In this document: in pieces, positions 47,033 through 57,920 of the stretch
How the letters are laid out: every line of letters begins with the position of its first letter
Numbering within the stretch: the stretch's first letter is position 1
Assembly (NCBI GenBank): GCA_964549505.1
Contig: CAZJVD010000006.1
Coordinates: forward strand, 94,183 to 158,182
DNA length: 64,000 bases
Source of the DNA: an uncultured Oligoflexia bacterium
Lineage (GTDB): Bacteria > Bdellovibrionota > UBA1018 > CAZJVD01
Reading direction: 5' to 3'
Notes under the pieces: generated by a model
What the model saw: only the letters and a program-made list of their open reading frames with translations
The model's database searches: none
Told to the model about the DNA's origin: nothing
Program-made: the position numbers and the translations under genes

Positions 47033-48929
47033 CAGCCTCACCGCCGCGCAATCGCAAATCACAAAGACTCGCAAACCGCTCGCGAAGCGACTCAAAACGC
47101 ATGGTCTTACCCGTGATGGCCGTGATGCCTTCGGGAAATCGAGATTCAAACCCGGAGCGCAAGAGTTCGTCGCGCAAAAGAGGAAAGAGTCCGGGATTGC
47201 GATAAGGTGGCTTTCTCGAAGCCTTTCGTAACTGTTTCGAGAAGTGGCTCCATAGAACGGTCGCCGACCAAGACGCGAGCGGATACTCGAAGTACGCAAC
47301 GTCACCTGAAACAATATGATCGGTACTGAAAATCGATCGATCGACGAGAGGGGTGTTGGGGGCGATAGGCAATGGAAAGGCGTCGGTGAGATTCTTTAGA
47401 TAAATCGCTCGTGCCGTTTCGACAAAATCGGGCGGCGGGCCGGACGCGGGTGAGAAGTCGGTCTCCCATAGTTCCAGGTCCGATAAAGCCATCACGACAT
47501 CATCACAAAAGCCGATCAAATCGCGGAACGTTACCCAAGCGTCGAGATACGTGCCTTCTGCTTCTGACAAGGGACGTCCGGCTGATGCGGCAGCTTCGCG
47601 TAGATGTTCTGGATCGTAGAGATGCCGCTCCCAAAAAGTCGAAAGGGTTTCATCGTACGGGGCAGAACTGACTTCTCCTAAAAACGACTCTCGAAAAAAG
47701 AAGTCGAGCGCATGACCACCCTCATGAAACACGCGTTCGCGATCGCCGAGACCGGGTCCCGAGATTTGTCCCAAGAGCGTGGTCCTGGGTTGGACGTACG
47801 AACTGCGGCGAGCAGGGAACCGAAAGTTCAGCGTGCGTGCGTCGAGGACCAGCACATGAGGACGTAGGTCGACGGTGCTCATGGCGTACCAATGCGTGTG
47901 CTTTCCTGGACGTGGTTCAAAGTCGAGTGTGAGCGCGTCCCAGAAATCATCGGGAACACCGGCTTGCGTGAGGGCACGCTTCCAGCTCGAAACATGCGCT
48001 TCGCTTGAAAAGGCCTCCGCAACAAACGCAGGGGTCGTGTCCACCACTCGAAACAGATCTTCGACCGTTTCGACTTTTCCGTACGTCGCGCTCCAGTTAG
48101 CAAGGGCCCGAGCGGCCAGCTTTTTTGAGTCACTAAGAAACTTCTTCAGTGTACGCGCCAACGTCTCGGGACGGTGAAGACCGGAGCTCAGGGCCTCAGC
48201 ACTCTCTTTGAGCTGCCGATGGGCCCAGGTCGGACTGCCGCTGTCTTTAGCGGCCTGCGAGCGCAGCTCCGCCATTTTCTGAAACTGCATCCTCTGCGAT
48301 TCGACCCACGCTCGCGCACGGCGGGCCCGTGGTGCCAGCTCCTTGACAAGCAACTCTTCACCCGGGATAGCGGGCGGATCGGTGATCAAGCTCAAGGCCT
48401 GCGTGGCGTCGGTGTACAATGTGTCAGCTTCACTGATCTTATCGCGCGTCGAACTGCTTTGAGAAGAGGTCTTCTCAAGCGACGTCCATGTCTTTGGATC
48501 GTAATCGATGAGCTGTCCGGTCAGACCCTGCGAAACCGTACGCCAGCCGGCAAGAAGTGATTGGTATTCGGAACTGCTTTCCAGCGTTTCGTAAGCCTTG
48601 TCCAAGGCTTTTCGTGTCTCGATCCAAACCAATCGTTCGGATTCGTCTGTGTAGAGCGCACGGTCGAGGGCGAGTCCATAGAGCTCCGAACGGTAGAGGA
48701 GTTCCTCGAGTCTTCGAAAGCGAGGATAGATCTGATCTCGAAAGTACCAGGCCGCTGTACGTTTGCGCGCGGTAGCGGCTTGTGCACCGACCACGCGAAG
48801 TGTTTGCTTAGGAAAAGCCTCAAGCTCGGCGAGAAAACGAGCGCGCTCTACCTGGGTATCCGCATTCGAGAAGGCGCTCGCTAAGAAAAGAGCAGCTGCT
48901 ACAAAAAGCTCTTGAATGCGTGCTTTCAG
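47013..48929 (-). CDS. secreted zinc metallopeptidase (HExxH; M3/M32-like), probably with a non-canonical CTG start
   Basis: [11 protein letters not shown] zinc motif. The ORF-track start is GTG 48794, but the frame stays open for 45 more codons encoding a signal peptide ([24 protein letters not shown]). This stretch is preceded by GGGGGGAG (see findings). Confidence 0.6.
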   Translation of the reverse strand: MKARIQELFVAAALFLASAFSNADTQVERARFLAELEAFPKQTLRVVGAQAATARKRTAAWYFRDQIYPRFRRLEELLYRSELYGLALDRALYTDESERLVWIETRKALDKAYETLESSSEYQSLLAGWRTVSQGLTGQLIDYDPKTWTSLEKTSSQSSSTRDKISEADTLYTDATQALSLITDPPAIPGEELLVKELAPRARRARAWVESQRMQFQKMAELRSQAAKDSGSPTWAHRQLKESAEALSSGLHRPETLARTLKKFLSDSKKLAARALANWSATYGKVETVEDLFRVVDTTPAFVAEAFSSEAHVSSWKRALTQAGVPDDFWDALTLDFEPRPGKHTHWYAMSTVDLRPHVLVLDARTLNFRFPARRSSYVQPRTTLLGQISGPGLGDRERVFHEGGHALDFFFRESFLGEVSSAPYDETLSTFWERHLYDPEHLREAAASAGRPLSEAEGTYLDAWVTFRDLIGFCDDVVMALSDLELWETDFSPASGPPPDFVETARAIYLKNLTDAFPLPIAPNTPLVDRSIFSTDHIVSGDVAYFEYPLASWSATVLWSHFSKQLRKASRKPPYRNPGLFPLLRDELLRSGFESRFPEGITAITGKTMRFESLRERFASLCDLRLRGGEAANQNDP

Positions 48930-48952
48930 ATGACTCCCCCCAATAGAACCGA

Positions 48953-49891
48953 ATGGGATTAGATGTGTTCAGGGCTTGGTCGTCAAGAGACATCGTGATA
49001 ATTCCGTTGGCGATGGCTGTGTGGCGCACGTTGAACCCGGAAGGAACAGAGGTTCGACTCAAGAAGTTTACAGGTGATTTCAGTGACGTGATCCGTGGCA
49101 AGCGGGAAGGCGAGACCGAGTCTGATCTTCGACGCGGAATCGTTTTGGATCTCGAGACTACCGGATTCAATCGCGATCGTGAGGAAGTGATTGAAATCGG
49201 AATGCGGCCCTTTGTCTTTCATCGTCTACTTGGCGAAGTGCGTTCGGTGGGTGAGGGGACCGATTGGTTGCACGACCCAGGTTTTCCGTTGAGTCCAGAG
49301 ATCGAGCGTCTGACCGGACTGACCTCAAAGGATCTGGCGGGTCATGAGCTGAACTGGACCAAGGTCGATGAAGTTCTGACACAGTCCGATCTTGTGATCG
49401 CTCATAACGCGTCGTTTGATCGCCCCTTTGTTGACAAACGATCGCGCGTTTCGCCGAAAAAGGTCTGGGGTTGCTCGCTCAAGCAAGTCGATTGGGCATC
49501 GAAGGGATTTCCAGCGGCAAAGCTCGAAATGCTTTCGGCATATCATGGGTTTTTCACAAACGCGCATCGTGCTCTCGCAGATGCTGACGCCGTTCTTTAC
49601 CTGCTCGCGCAAACCGACCCTGCAACACGTCGGTCGTACCTTGCCGAGCTCCTCGAAGCCGCACGTGTTCCGAGCGCACGGGTTTTTGCCGTGCATGCTC
49701 CTTACGACAAAAAAGAAGATCTAAAGGGGCGCGGGTATCGTTGGGATCCGCAGAAAAGTGTCTGGAATCGTACGATCACAAAAACGACACTCGATGAAGA
49801 GAAGGCCTGGCTCGAGGCCTGCGTGTATCGCGGAGCGTTCCGTGGTCATGTTGTGGAACTCAGTCTCGAAGACCAGTTCAAAGCCTCTTAA
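48953..49891 (+). CDS. DEDDh 3'-5' exonuclease (DnaQ/epsilon-like) with a C-terminal extension
   Basis: Exo I VLDLETTG, Exo [12 protein letters not shown] and Exo [12 protein letters not shown]. Alternative start at ATG 49013. Confidence 0.8.
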   Translation: MGLDVFRAWSSRDIVIIPLAMAVWRTLNPEGTEVRLKKFTGDFSDVIRGKREGETESDLRRGIVLDLETTGFNRDREEVIEIGMRPFVFHRLLGEVRSVGEGTDWLHDPGFPLSPEIERLTGLTSKDLAGHELNWTKVDEVLTQSDLVIAHNASFDRPFVDKRSRVSPKKVWGCSLKQVDWASKGFPAAKLEMLSAYHGFFTNAHRALADADAVLYLLAQTDPATRRSYLAELLEAARVPSARVFAVHAPYDKKEDLKGRGYRWDPQKSVWNRTITKTTLDEEKAWLEACVYRGAFRGHVVELSLEDQFKAS

Positions 49892-50942
49892 GCCAGCTTT
49901 CGGCAATTTCGCGAAACGTTGTTTTGAGATCCTTCGTGATATCCCAGCGCGGGTAGTGCGCGCGCATTTTTGTCAGATCCGAGTAGTAGCAAATATGATC
50001 GCCTTCGCGGTTCTTCTCGACGTAGCTGTACTTCATCGGTCGTCCCGTAATGCTTTCCGCAAGCTGGAATGCCTCGAGAATCGAGATCGAGTTATTCTTG
50101 CCGCCGCCTAGGTTATAAACTTCGGCAACACGTGGACTTTCTAAAAAAGCCTCGATGAAACGAGCCACATCGTACGAGTGAATATTGTCTCGCACTTGCT
50201 TACCCTTGTAGCCGTAGATCTTGTACTCGCGCTTTTCGATGTTGCAGCGAATGAGGAAGCTCAAAAAACCGTGCAGTTCGACGCCGCTGTGGTTGGGCCC
50301 GGTCAGACAGCCTCCACGCAAGCAAACGGTCGGGATGCCAAAGTAGCGTCCGTACTCTTGGACCATCACATCGGCGGCTACCTTCGACGCTCCAAAGAGA
50401 GAGTGCTTTGACTGATCGATCGTGAACGACTCGGAGATGCCGTTGACGAATGCGGTGTCATCATAATCCCAGCGGGTGTCGGTCTCTTTGAGGCGAATGC
50501 GATTGGGCGCGTCCCCATAGACTTTGTTCGTCGAAAGAAAAACAAAAGGAGCGTCGAGTCGCGTTCGTCGCGTGGCTTCTAAGAGGTTCAGGGTTCCTGA
50601 GGCATTCACATCAAAGTCTTCGAAGGGGCGCGAAGCGGCGAGGTCGTGACTGGGTTGTGCTGCCGTATGAACAATAGCGTCGGGTTTAAGTTCGTCGACA
50701 AGCGTGAGCACGGCCTCGCGATTCCGAATATCCAGTTCGTGATGCTTAAATCGGGCGTACGTCTGCTCAAGGCGCTTTTGGTTCCAGCGTGTACTGGCCT
50801 GCGGTCCAAAAAAAACCTCGCGTTGGTTGTTGTCGACTCCATGTATCTCATAGTCATGATCACGTTCGTTGGAACCAAAGAACGCGACCACTTCGCTGCC
50901 AATCAAACCACTCGAACCTGTGACTAAAAGCTTCTTCTTCAT
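49878..50942 (-). CDS. NAD-dependent sugar epimerase/dehydratase (extended SDR; CDP-paratose 2-epimerase-like)
   Basis: [13 protein letters not shown] Rossmann motif, catalytic FGASK and [12 protein letters not shown]. Confidence 0.85.
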   Translation of the reverse strand: MKKKLLVTGSSGLIGSEVVAFFGSNERDHDYEIHGVDNNQREVFFGPQASTRWNQKRLEQTYARFKHHELDIRNREAVLTLVDELKPDAIVHTAAQPSHDLAASRPFEDFDVNASGTLNLLEATRRTRLDAPFVFLSTNKVYGDAPNRIRLKETDTRWDYDDTAFVNGISESFTIDQSKHSLFGASKVAADVMVQEYGRYFGIPTVCLRGGCLTGPNHSGVELHGFLSFLIRCNIEKREYKIYGYKGKQVRDNIHSYDVARFIEAFLESPRVAEVYNLGGGKNNSISILEAFQLAESITGRPMKYSYVEKNREGDHICYYSDLTKMRAHYPRWDITKDLKTTFREIAESWLKRL

Positions 50943-51802
50943 GAAAGTCCTGTTTTCCGTGCTGTTTGCGTAACGAGTTTAGGGTCTCGTAAAACCAGCC
51001 GGTGTTTCATAAACAAGTAAATGAAAACAGAGTTGGTGACAAGGTATCGCTTCCAAAGACGCCGCGGCTCGGAAATAAGGCGATACAGCCACTCGAGACC
51101 GCGATTCTGCATCCACTGCGGAGCTTGAGGCAGGGTGCCAGCGATGAAGTCAAAAGCCGCACCGACGGCGAGCATCGCCGACGCGATCTTGCCTTTGTGC
51201 TCGGCTACCCAGATCTCTTGACGGGGACATCCGCGCCCCACGAGCACGATGTGAGCGTCCGATGCGTTGATCGTACGTATATCCGCAGCGTCTTCGCTTT
51301 CCGTCGCATCACGAAAACGATCCGCCTGCGCGCCGCACACGACGACGCCCGGAAACCGCGCGCCGATTGCCGTCCTCAGTCTCAATAGGGTGGTCTCCGT
51401 ACTGCCAAATAAGAAAACTCGAAGACCGAGCGCAGAAGCTTTTGCGAGAACGGTCTCGGTGAGTTTCGGTCCATAGACACGGTCTTTGAGTCCAGATCCA
51501 TAAAAGCTATTGAGCGCCCATCGAATGGGCTGACCGTCGGGTACGATCAAGTCGATCCGAGAAAGGTTCATCGCGAGGCGAGGGTTTCGTAGCGTCTCAA
51601 CCAATCCGTGAACCGCTAGTGCGGAGACTGTGTAGCTCTCGCGACCCGTAGCGGCCCGGATAATAGCGTCGCTGGCTTGGTGGTAATCCGTAAGTGCGTA
51701 AGGGACTGAGAAGAGAATGGCTCGTGAAATTCCGTCGGACGTCAAGCGCACGAAAGTTATCTTAAGATCACCTCGGTACGCAACGGCAGTTTGCAAGGTC
51801 AC
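50939..51802 (-). CDS. WecG/TagA/CpsF-family glycosyltransferase
   Basis: ..[10 protein letters not shown].., [53 protein letters not shown]. The stop overlaps the epimerase start. Confidence 0.8.
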   Translation of the reverse strand: MTLQTAVAYRGDLKITFVRLTSDGISRAILFSVPYALTDYHQASDAIIRAATGRESYTVSALAVHGLVETLRNPRLAMNLSRIDLIVPDGQPIRWALNSFYGSGLKDRVYGPKLTETVLAKASALGLRVFLFGSTETTLLRLRTAIGARFPGVVVCGAQADRFRDATESEDAADIRTINASDAHIVLVGRGCPRQEIWVAEHKGKIASAMLAVGAAFDFIAGTLPQAPQWMQNRGLEWLYRLISEPRRLWKRYLVTNSVFIYLFMKHRLVLRDPKLVTQTARKTGLS

Positions 51803-52316
51803 GTTTCAGCATATCGGAGTCCGAACTGATGTATCCCCCATGATAGATCGAGCAGTAAGCAAAGCTGGGCCCTTCGCACGCAAAGTGACAACCCACCCGA
51901 CTGCCGACCGCCGATCCCTTCTTGGGATTGACGCTGAAGCCACACGACCCGGGGCGCGTGAAACGGGCGCCACAATCCCCGACTTCTCGACAGAAACTCT
52001 TGCAGCGCTCCTCACCGCGATTTCCGATGATCTTGAGAAACTCAGACATTCGCTCGTACTCGCGTCCTTTAGCGGTGCACGCGTACTGAATCACCTGAAT
52101 CTTTGCGCTCGCCGAGCACGTATCGCGGTTGATGATCGAGCTATCGACAATCTGGCTCTGAGGACCGCGTTTACAAAGGAACATGGGCTGGACATCGTTA
52201 CCGATCTCCGACATCGGGAACCGATCCCCCGAAACCAGTAAAAACATCGTGCCGATAACGACAGGAAGACCGATGTAAAACGCGATCAGTTTCCGTCGTC
52301 GCGTCCAGTTCATCAC
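51768..52316 (-). CDS. membrane-anchored Cys-rich hypothetical protein (12 Cys in ~150 extracytoplasmic residues)
   Basis: ORF track. N-terminal TM segment (LIAFYIGLPVVIGTMFLLV). Its start overlaps the upstream stop. No known domain. Confidence 0.45.
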   Translation of the reverse strand: MMNWTRRRKLIAFYIGLPVVIGTMFLLVSGDRFPMSEIGNDVQPMFLCKRGPQSQIVDSSIINRDTCSASAKIQVIQYACTAKGREYERMSEFLKIIGNRGEERCKSFCREVGDCGARFTRPGSCGFSVNPKKGSAVGSRVGCHFACEGPSFAYCSIYHGGYISSDSDMLKRDLANCRCVPR

Positions 52317-53563
52317 GCGATCGGTCCGGGCTCACTACCTGACGCCGTTTGACGAAGAGAGCGATCCAAGGCATCCAGTTCGGTCTGTAAACGTTGTTGC
52401 TCTTCTTCGAGGACTTTTCCCATCGAAACGAAAAACTCCGGGAGATTTTTACCTCGGGGGTCCTCTGTCATGAATCGTCCCACACCATCGAGATTTTGTT
52501 CGAGCATCTGATGCGCGGCAAGCAGGGACGGAAGATTGGAACGTTTTGTGATCTGTGTGAGGCGCTGTACGTGCTCGAGGAACGGTTCGACCGTCACCGT
52601 CGGCGCCGATGTTACGACGGCCGGCAAAGGAGCGCGCGTGGCAGTTTCCACGGTTTTGAGGTTGGCTTTTGCTCGCAGGGTTTCAACAGTGCGTGTGAGT
52701 TCTTGGAACGGCTTCTGAATGCTGTGGCCAATGACAAGAAAAAGCACAAGCAACACAACGGTCACGACGCCCGTGGCGCCGAGAAGAATAATCTGACTCG
52801 TGTTCCAGAGACCATCGATCTCAGCTGCGACGTACGAACGAAGATCTTCGAGCGGTGCGAGTGTGCTCTCTGAGAGTGAGCTGAGTTGGGACCAGATATC
52901 GTGGCGTTCCTGAGCGAGCGGTAACAATGCCACGGATCGTTCGCGTGCGGATTGGACCAAGGCGACAACCGGTTTGAGTTCCGAACCGCCGGCGCGGGCT
53001 AGGCTGTCCATCTGTGCGAAAACCGCATCAAACTTTGTCTGGAATCGCGATCGCAAAAGATCGGTGAATAGTTCCTCCGAGGCGAGTACCTCGGCTTGAT
53101 CTAAGAGTTCAGACCAATCGGTGCGCTCTGCAGTCTGCGCACGAACTTCTTGTAGGTTCTTTTGTAGGCCGCCGGCTTCTTGAACGAGCAGACGTGATGC
53201 TTTTTCGAACTGCTCGATTTGCGTGCTGACATCCGACAGTCGGTTGAGGAATGTTCCCAGAACACGATCCACCTTGTCGGTCGATGTCGATTGCTGAATC
53301 TGTTCGGCGAGTGCTCGAGCTTCGTCGAGATGGCCCTTCAGAGTCACACCTTTTGGTCCGGACATTTGACCACGCTTACCGAGATGTCGAGATTCGTAAA
53401 AAATCTGAGACGTGGACTGGAAGAGGAGGCCCGAGTCTTCCTGAATTTGTAGCCAGTTCTGCAGTGAGCCCTTTTCAATCAAATGGGCGACGAGCACACA
53501 GAGCGGGCCGAGAAGGCCCAAAACAGTCAACAGAGCGGTTTTTTTAGAAGCTGACACATTCAC
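52313..53563 (-). CDS. two-TM sensor-like protein (helical periplasmic bundle, short cytoplasmic helical tail, no output domain)
   Basis: ORF track. TM1 ALLTVLGLLGPLCVLVAHL is followed by ~230 helical residues, TM2 IILLGATGVVTVVLLVLFLVIG, and a HAMP-like or coiled tail. Confidence 0.5.
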   Translation of the reverse strand: MNVSASKKTALLTVLGLLGPLCVLVAHLIEKGSLQNWLQIQEDSGLLFQSTSQIFYESRHLGKRGQMSGPKGVTLKGHLDEARALAEQIQQSTSTDKVDRVLGTFLNRLSDVSTQIEQFEKASRLLVQEAGGLQKNLQEVRAQTAERTDWSELLDQAEVLASEELFTDLLRSRFQTKFDAVFAQMDSLARAGGSELKPVVALVQSARERSVALLPLAQERHDIWSQLSSLSESTLAPLEDLRSYVAAEIDGLWNTSQIILLGATGVVTVVLLVLFLVIGHSIQKPFQELTRTVETLRAKANLKTVETATRAPLPAVVTSAPTVTVEPFLEHVQRLTQITKRSNLPSLLAAHQMLEQNLDGVGRFMTEDPRGKNLPEFFVSMGKVLEEEQQRLQTELDALDRSLRQTASGSEPGPIA

Positions 53564-53596
53564 TAATGTATCGGCCTAGAAGTCCAAGATCAACGC

Positions 53597-55594
53597 TTAA
53601 TCGCGAGCGGAAAGAGTCTTCTTCTCCGTGGCGGCAAGGTAGTCCGAAAGAAGAGCCACAGCTTCTGTGAGCTGGGGTGTGACTTCGTCCTTTTTCTTAC
53701 TGCCTTTTTCTGCGGGGGTCTTCTTAGAGGCCTTTGCACGGACCTCTGCGAGCTTTATGACGCCAGTTTTCTTGTCGGCGGCCTTCTTGACGTCCGCTGT
53801 GATCTCCTGAAACTCTTTGCTGTCCTTCTGCCGCTTTTCCGACTGTTTTTGCAGCTGGGTGATCAGGTCGTCAGAAACAGGATTCCAATGGTTCTGCGGA
53901 TCGTCGGAGTTTGCAAAGCTGCTACGAAAGGGATCGATCTTTTTGTTTGGAATCGAATAGTCCAATGTTCGCTCACCGATTTCGTCCGTCGCTAAGCGTG
54001 AGGGCATCGTGACATCGCTGACAACACCAAGATGCTGCGTGCTTTGACCACCGGGTCGAAAAAACATTCCCGTTGTGACTTTCACGGCACCCAATCCTGG
54101 CGGAAGATGAAGCACGGACTGCACCGTTCCCTTACCAAAACTATGATCGTCGCCGACAATGAGCGCGCGTCGATAGTCTTTCATGGCACCTGCTAGGATC
54201 TCAGAGGCCGAAGCGCTCACGCGACTCTGAAGAACGACCAGCGGTCCTGAGTAAAACGTCGTTTCGTCGCGATCTTCGAGGACTTCGGGATCTTTCTTCG
54301 AAAGCTGTGTGGCGACCATGCCACCCGAGCGCATGAAAAGACCGCTGATCTTAACAGCATCGTCGAGTAAACCGCCGCCGTTACGCGAAAGATCGAGGAC
54401 CAATCCCGCAACACGTTCTTTCTTTGCTTCGATCAGGAGCTTTTTCACATCTTCGTACGACGAGCGCTTGCCTTCATCGCTATCGCCGTAAAACGATGGC
54501 AGGTCGAGTATCCCGATTTTGACCTGCTTCGAACCCGCTTGAACTTGTTTGTAGCTGAGTTTCGCTGCTTGCTCCGCAAGATCGATTTTCGCGCGGATAA
54601 TACGCGTCGTAAATCGTTCCGTCTTCTTGCCCTGACGAACAACCGTAAGGTTAACTCCAGAACCCGCGCGTCCGCGAATCAGTTTCACGACTTTACGCAG
54701 TTCCATATCAACGACGACTTGTGGACGCTGACCGTCTTGGGCGACGGCAACGATTTTGTCTTGGGGTTGCAGTGTCTTTGCGCGATCGGCAGCGCCTCCC
54801 GGTATGATCTCTTCAACCACTGTGAAACCATCTTTCCAGGTTAGCGACGCGCCAATGCCTTCAAGCGACAGTCCCATCGATATCTGAAAATCTTCGAGGT
54901 CATCGGGACTGAAATAGCCAGAGTGTGGGTCGAGTGCGAGCGCAAACGAATTGATGAAAAGCGGTAACACGTCGTCGGTCGTGTCTTCTTTCAGGCGTTT
55001 TGTGATCAGCTCATAACGATGAACAAGATTCTTCTTTGCTTCTTCGATCTTCACGCCAGAGTCGACGTAAGTGGAGAGCTGAAAATGGACGTACTTGCGC
55101 ACGATCTCGCGGCGTTCAGCTTCGTTGACAGCAAACGAGCGTTTGTCTGGGTCGGTGATGAGTTCGATGGTGTCGTCAATCTTGAAAGTCTTCGGCTTAA
55201 CAAAGAGCCGAACATACTCCTCTGTCAGCTTTGAGCGTTTGTAGAGGGCGTCCTGAAGTTTTGCGAGCGTACCGCAATCGCCAACCAACATGCTCGTGAA
55301 CATTTTGAGGAGCTCGGAGCGCCATTCGTTCGCTTCGTTTTGTAAGAAAAGTGTCTTGGAAGAGTCGACAAATTTTAAGTAGTTCGAAATCGTGCGCTCT
55401 TTAAGTTCTTGCGTTAGCTCGCGATATTGGAGGTGGTTCGAGAGGTAACCCGAGAAAAGCTTTGGAACCGTTGTGCACGTGAGGAGATTCTCGGTGCCGG
55501 CCAAGGCCGTCTGGCTTCCGCCTGGTCCCACGGGGGCCCTGAAGGTGAAGGCAACAAGAAACACGACGCACCACAGCCGTAGAAATTTCGACAT
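53597..55594 (-). CDS. prc: tail-specific (C-terminal processing) protease, S41 family
   Basis: Signal peptide, Prc N-terminal helical domain, PDZ, and S41 core (LDLSRNGGGLLDDAV, SASASEILAGAMKDYRRALIVG). Length 665 aa. Confidence 0.9.
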   Translation of the reverse strand: MSKFLRLWCVVFLVAFTFRAPVGPGGSQTALAGTENLLTCTTVPKLFSGYLSNHLQYRELTQELKERTISNYLKFVDSSKTLFLQNEANEWRSELLKMFTSMLVGDCGTLAKLQDALYKRSKLTEEYVRLFVKPKTFKIDDTIELITDPDKRSFAVNEAERREIVRKYVHFQLSTYVDSGVKIEEAKKNLVHRYELITKRLKEDTTDDVLPLFINSFALALDPHSGYFSPDDLEDFQISMGLSLEGIGASLTWKDGFTVVEEIIPGGAADRAKTLQPQDKIVAVAQDGQRPQVVVDMELRKVVKLIRGRAGSGVNLTVVRQGKKTERFTTRIIRAKIDLAEQAAKLSYKQVQAGSKQVKIGILDLPSFYGDSDEGKRSSYEDVKKLLIEAKKERVAGLVLDLSRNGGGLLDDAVKISGLFMRSGGMVATQLSKKDPEVLEDRDETTFYSGPLVVLQSRVSASASEILAGAMKDYRRALIVGDDHSFGKGTVQSVLHLPPGLGAVKVTTGMFFRPGGQSTQHLGVVSDVTMPSRLATDEIGERTLDYSIPNKKIDPFRSSFANSDDPQNHWNPVSDDLITQLQKQSEKRQKDSKEFQEITADVKKAADKKTGVIKLAEVRAKASKKTPAEKGSKKKDEVTPQLTEAVALLSDYLAATEKKTLSARD

Positions 55595-55601
55595 TGTAAC
55601 G

Positions 55602-55631
55602 ATTATATCGGAATGCCGATTCGCAAAGTAA
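55602..55631 (-). promoter_or_regulatory. promoter candidate for prc (perfect TATAAT 7 nt upstream of the ATG)
   Basis: Minus strand: ..TTACTT-(18 nt)-TATAAT-cgttaca-ATG. The -35 is weak and there is no SD, which suggests a leaderless mRNA. Confidence 0.3.
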
Positions 55632-55656
55632 AGGATAAACTCGGGAGCGTTTTTCC

Positions 55657-56949
55657 CTAGCGATCCGGCTGAAAGGCGCTGGCGTGAACAATGACGCGGT
55701 TGCGACCCAAAGCCTTGGCTTCGTAGAGCGCTGCGTCGGCTTTTTGAAGCACCTGTTCTGGGGATCGCGTCGACTTTCGGGCATCTGCCACCCCCATGCT
55801 CACGGTAATATGAACCGTGGCACGTTCCTTTTTAGCCTCGGGTTTTGCTTCGGTTCGATCGCGCTTCGAGCGACGTTTCCGAGTCGTGACCGACGAGCGT
55901 AGGACAAAGGGTCGATGATCGAGACTGCGCCGCGCACTCTCCAGGGTCTCCCAGGCGGCTGCGGCTTTGAGTTTAGGTAGAATCACGGCGAACTCTTCGC
56001 CCCCGTAGCGGTACACTTTTCCTTCAAGTGTTGCATGAAGATGTGTCGCTACAAGCCTGAGAACATGGTCACCTTGATCATGTCCAAAGCGATCGTTGAA
56101 GCTTTTGAAGTGATCCACATCGACCATGGCGATCGAGTAAGGACGTTTGACCTTCATCATGTCTTCATTGAAAGCACGACGATTGAGCACTCCGGTCAGT
56201 TCGTCGAGATAGGCTTTTTCCCAATAGATCCGACTTACCAAAAAGAAAAACGAGAAGCCCGCAAGCGAAAACGCGATCGATCCACCGGCTCCCGTTCCAT
56301 CACCGAGTCGAATCGGCCACGCATTGAAACCAATAGCGACGAGTAAGATCGTCAGACCGAGGTGGGTTTTGAAGATCGTTCCGCCTTTTTCGTTTTTGAG
56401 AAAGAGCAACAAGACGACAAAAGCAAAGATAACGGCGAGCGCGTCCGGTAAAATCCAGAGCGAATTGGGTGGAAGTTCGTGCCAGGTCGTCAAACGCATG
56501 AGTGGAGCAAACTGCATTTTAAAGCTCTGTGCTGCGATCAGGGGCAGGCCAATCGAAAGCACGAGATTCAAAAAGGACTGTCGTCCGGTCACCCGAAAAT
56601 CGCGTTGTGCAAACAGGATGAGCAGATTCGCAAAAAAACCAAGTGCGAGGGCTGAAACCAAGTGAACCGCGGGCAGGCTAAAGCGTTGCACCGTCGGAAG
56701 AAAACGAAGCCAAAGACTAGCCGACACGAGGTGAATCGCTGCGTAGAAGATCCGCGATTGGTTCATCGTGCTGGCCAGGAGCGCCGACGCCCCCAAGAAG
56801 AAGAAGCTGAGGAGTTCAAGCCCCTGAGCAACACGCGGAGTTTCTGTCCAGCTTAAGGTCCCTGAGAACGTACCGGGGGCGACCCAAAGAGCTGCGGCAA
56901 CGAGCACAAAGATCACGGGAGGACCTAGCTGAAGCGCCAGTTTTTTCAC
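55657..56949 (-). CDS. diguanylate cyclase (GGDEF) with a polytopic N-terminal membrane domain
   Basis: Six or more TM helices followed by the GGDEF domain (DVDHFKSFNDRFGHDQGD, RYGGEEFAVIL). Confidence 0.85.
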   Translation of the reverse strand: MKKLALQLGPPVIFVLVAAALWVAPGTFSGTLSWTETPRVAQGLELLSFFFLGASALLASTMNQSRIFYAAIHLVSASLWLRFLPTVQRFSLPAVHLVSALALGFFANLLILFAQRDFRVTGRQSFLNLVLSIGLPLIAAQSFKMQFAPLMRLTTWHELPPNSLWILPDALAVIFAFVVLLLFLKNEKGGTIFKTHLGLTILLVAIGFNAWPIRLGDGTGAGGSIAFSLAGFSFFFLVSRIYWEKAYLDELTGVLNRRAFNEDMMKVKRPYSIAMVDVDHFKSFNDRFGHDQGDHVLRLVATHLHATLEGKVYRYGGEEFAVILPKLKAAAAWETLESARRSLDHRPFVLRSSVTTRKRRSKRDRTEAKPEAKKERATVHITVSMGVADARKSTRSPEQVLQKADAALYEAKALGRNRVIVHASAFQPDR

Positions 56950-56987
56950 GCTTTTAGTCTATGCCGCAGTCAGTAGAATTAAAAGGG

Positions 56988-57677
56988 ATGAAGCCATTCG
57001 TCGTTGGGTCACTCTGCACGCTTTGGATGCTGTCCGTAACGGGTTGTTTTCGAGCATCGTTTGCTCCTTCGGATCCGGCGGATCCGGGTTCGTCTACAGC
57101 CGTGGAGGAGCCAGTCGTCGTATCGGATGTTGCATCGGACGGGGCATCGGGCGTTGTCGATGAGGCCGACGATCCCGACGAGACCGTCGAACCGGAAAAT
57201 GCAGCGGACGTCGGTTTTGCACGAACTATCGATCTACAGGCTCACGTGGATGCACGAATAAAAGCCGAAAACAAAGTCGGCGTCACACGCGTGGATCTTG
57301 AGCACAGTGCCGCTCTCGAGATCCCATCAGGATTGCGTGTTCATGCTCCAGGCGTTGAACGAGCGCAGATTTACATCAAGTTCTTCTCCGAACGAAACTA
57401 TTGGGTGCGTTGCTTGTATGAGTACGAGAACCGAGAAGTTCATTGGAAAAACTGTACGGGTCGTGGTGGTCATACGATCGCGAAAAAACCCGGTATGAGT
57501 CTTCAGCCCGTTCGTCGTGTGGTCTTGCGGATTAAAGCTCGGCGACCGCAAGAAGCTTTAGACACCGGCGTGCGCATTCGCGTGTTGGAGTGGTTCCAAG
57601 ATCGCCCCGTTCCCGAATCAACGACAAAGAAGCTGCGTTCGCCACGAACCAAAAAGACCAAGAAAAAAGACCGATAG
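56988..57677 (+). CDS. hypothetical lipoprotein with an acidic N-region and a Lys-rich tail
   Basis: Lipobox MLSVTGC. Start uncertain (56961 or 56988). The C-terminus reads TKKLRSPRTKKTKKKDR. Confidence 0.45.
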   Translation: MKPFVVGSLCTLWMLSVTGCFRASFAPSDPADPGSSTAVEEPVVVSDVASDGASGVVDEADDPDETVEPENAADVGFARTIDLQAHVDARIKAENKVGVTRVDLEHSAALEIPSGLRVHAPGVERAQIYIKFFSERNYWVRCLYEYENREVHWKNCTGRGGHTIAKKPGMSLQPVRRVVLRIKARRPQEALDTGVRIRVLEWFQDRPVPESTTKKLRSPRTKKTKKKDR

Positions 57678-57920
57678 AACGGCTTCCTCGCCCGGTTTTC
57701 TGAGCTCAATAGTCTGCCAACCTCGCGGGCAGGCTTCCGAGAGGGCCACGTCCGACGACATGGGGATCATTTCAAGCAGCGCAAAATCGTTGCGCAGCGA
57801 CTGTGACGTGCGTTGAGAGTCGGGTGTCGTTACGCCTTTCGGTGTCGCCGAATTGCGAATGGTGAGCGTCGAGCAACTCAGCATCGTCGTCACGATTAAA
57901 CTGATCAGAAGTATTTTCAT
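57618..57920 (-). CDS. small lipoprotein, Bor/Iss-like (100 aa)
   Basis: Lipobox TTMLSC. The size, the two conserved Cys positions and the C-terminal G-rich hydrophobic segment ending in C resemble lambda Bor (alignment by eye). Its ATG overlaps the upstream stop (ATGA). Confidence 0.4.
   Translation of the reverse strand: MKILLISLIVTTMLSCSTLTIRNSATPKGVTTPDSQRTSQSLRNDFALLEMIPMSSDVALSEACPRGWQTIELRKPGEEAVLSVFFLGLFGSWRTQLLCR

Noticed and set aside
48820-49170. 116-aa minus-strand ORF upstream of the metallopeptidase, considered as its missing N-terminus
   Set aside because: It is in a different frame from the peptidase and antisense to the well-supported DEDDh exonuclease gene. The in-frame upstream extension with a CTG start explains the signal peptide better.
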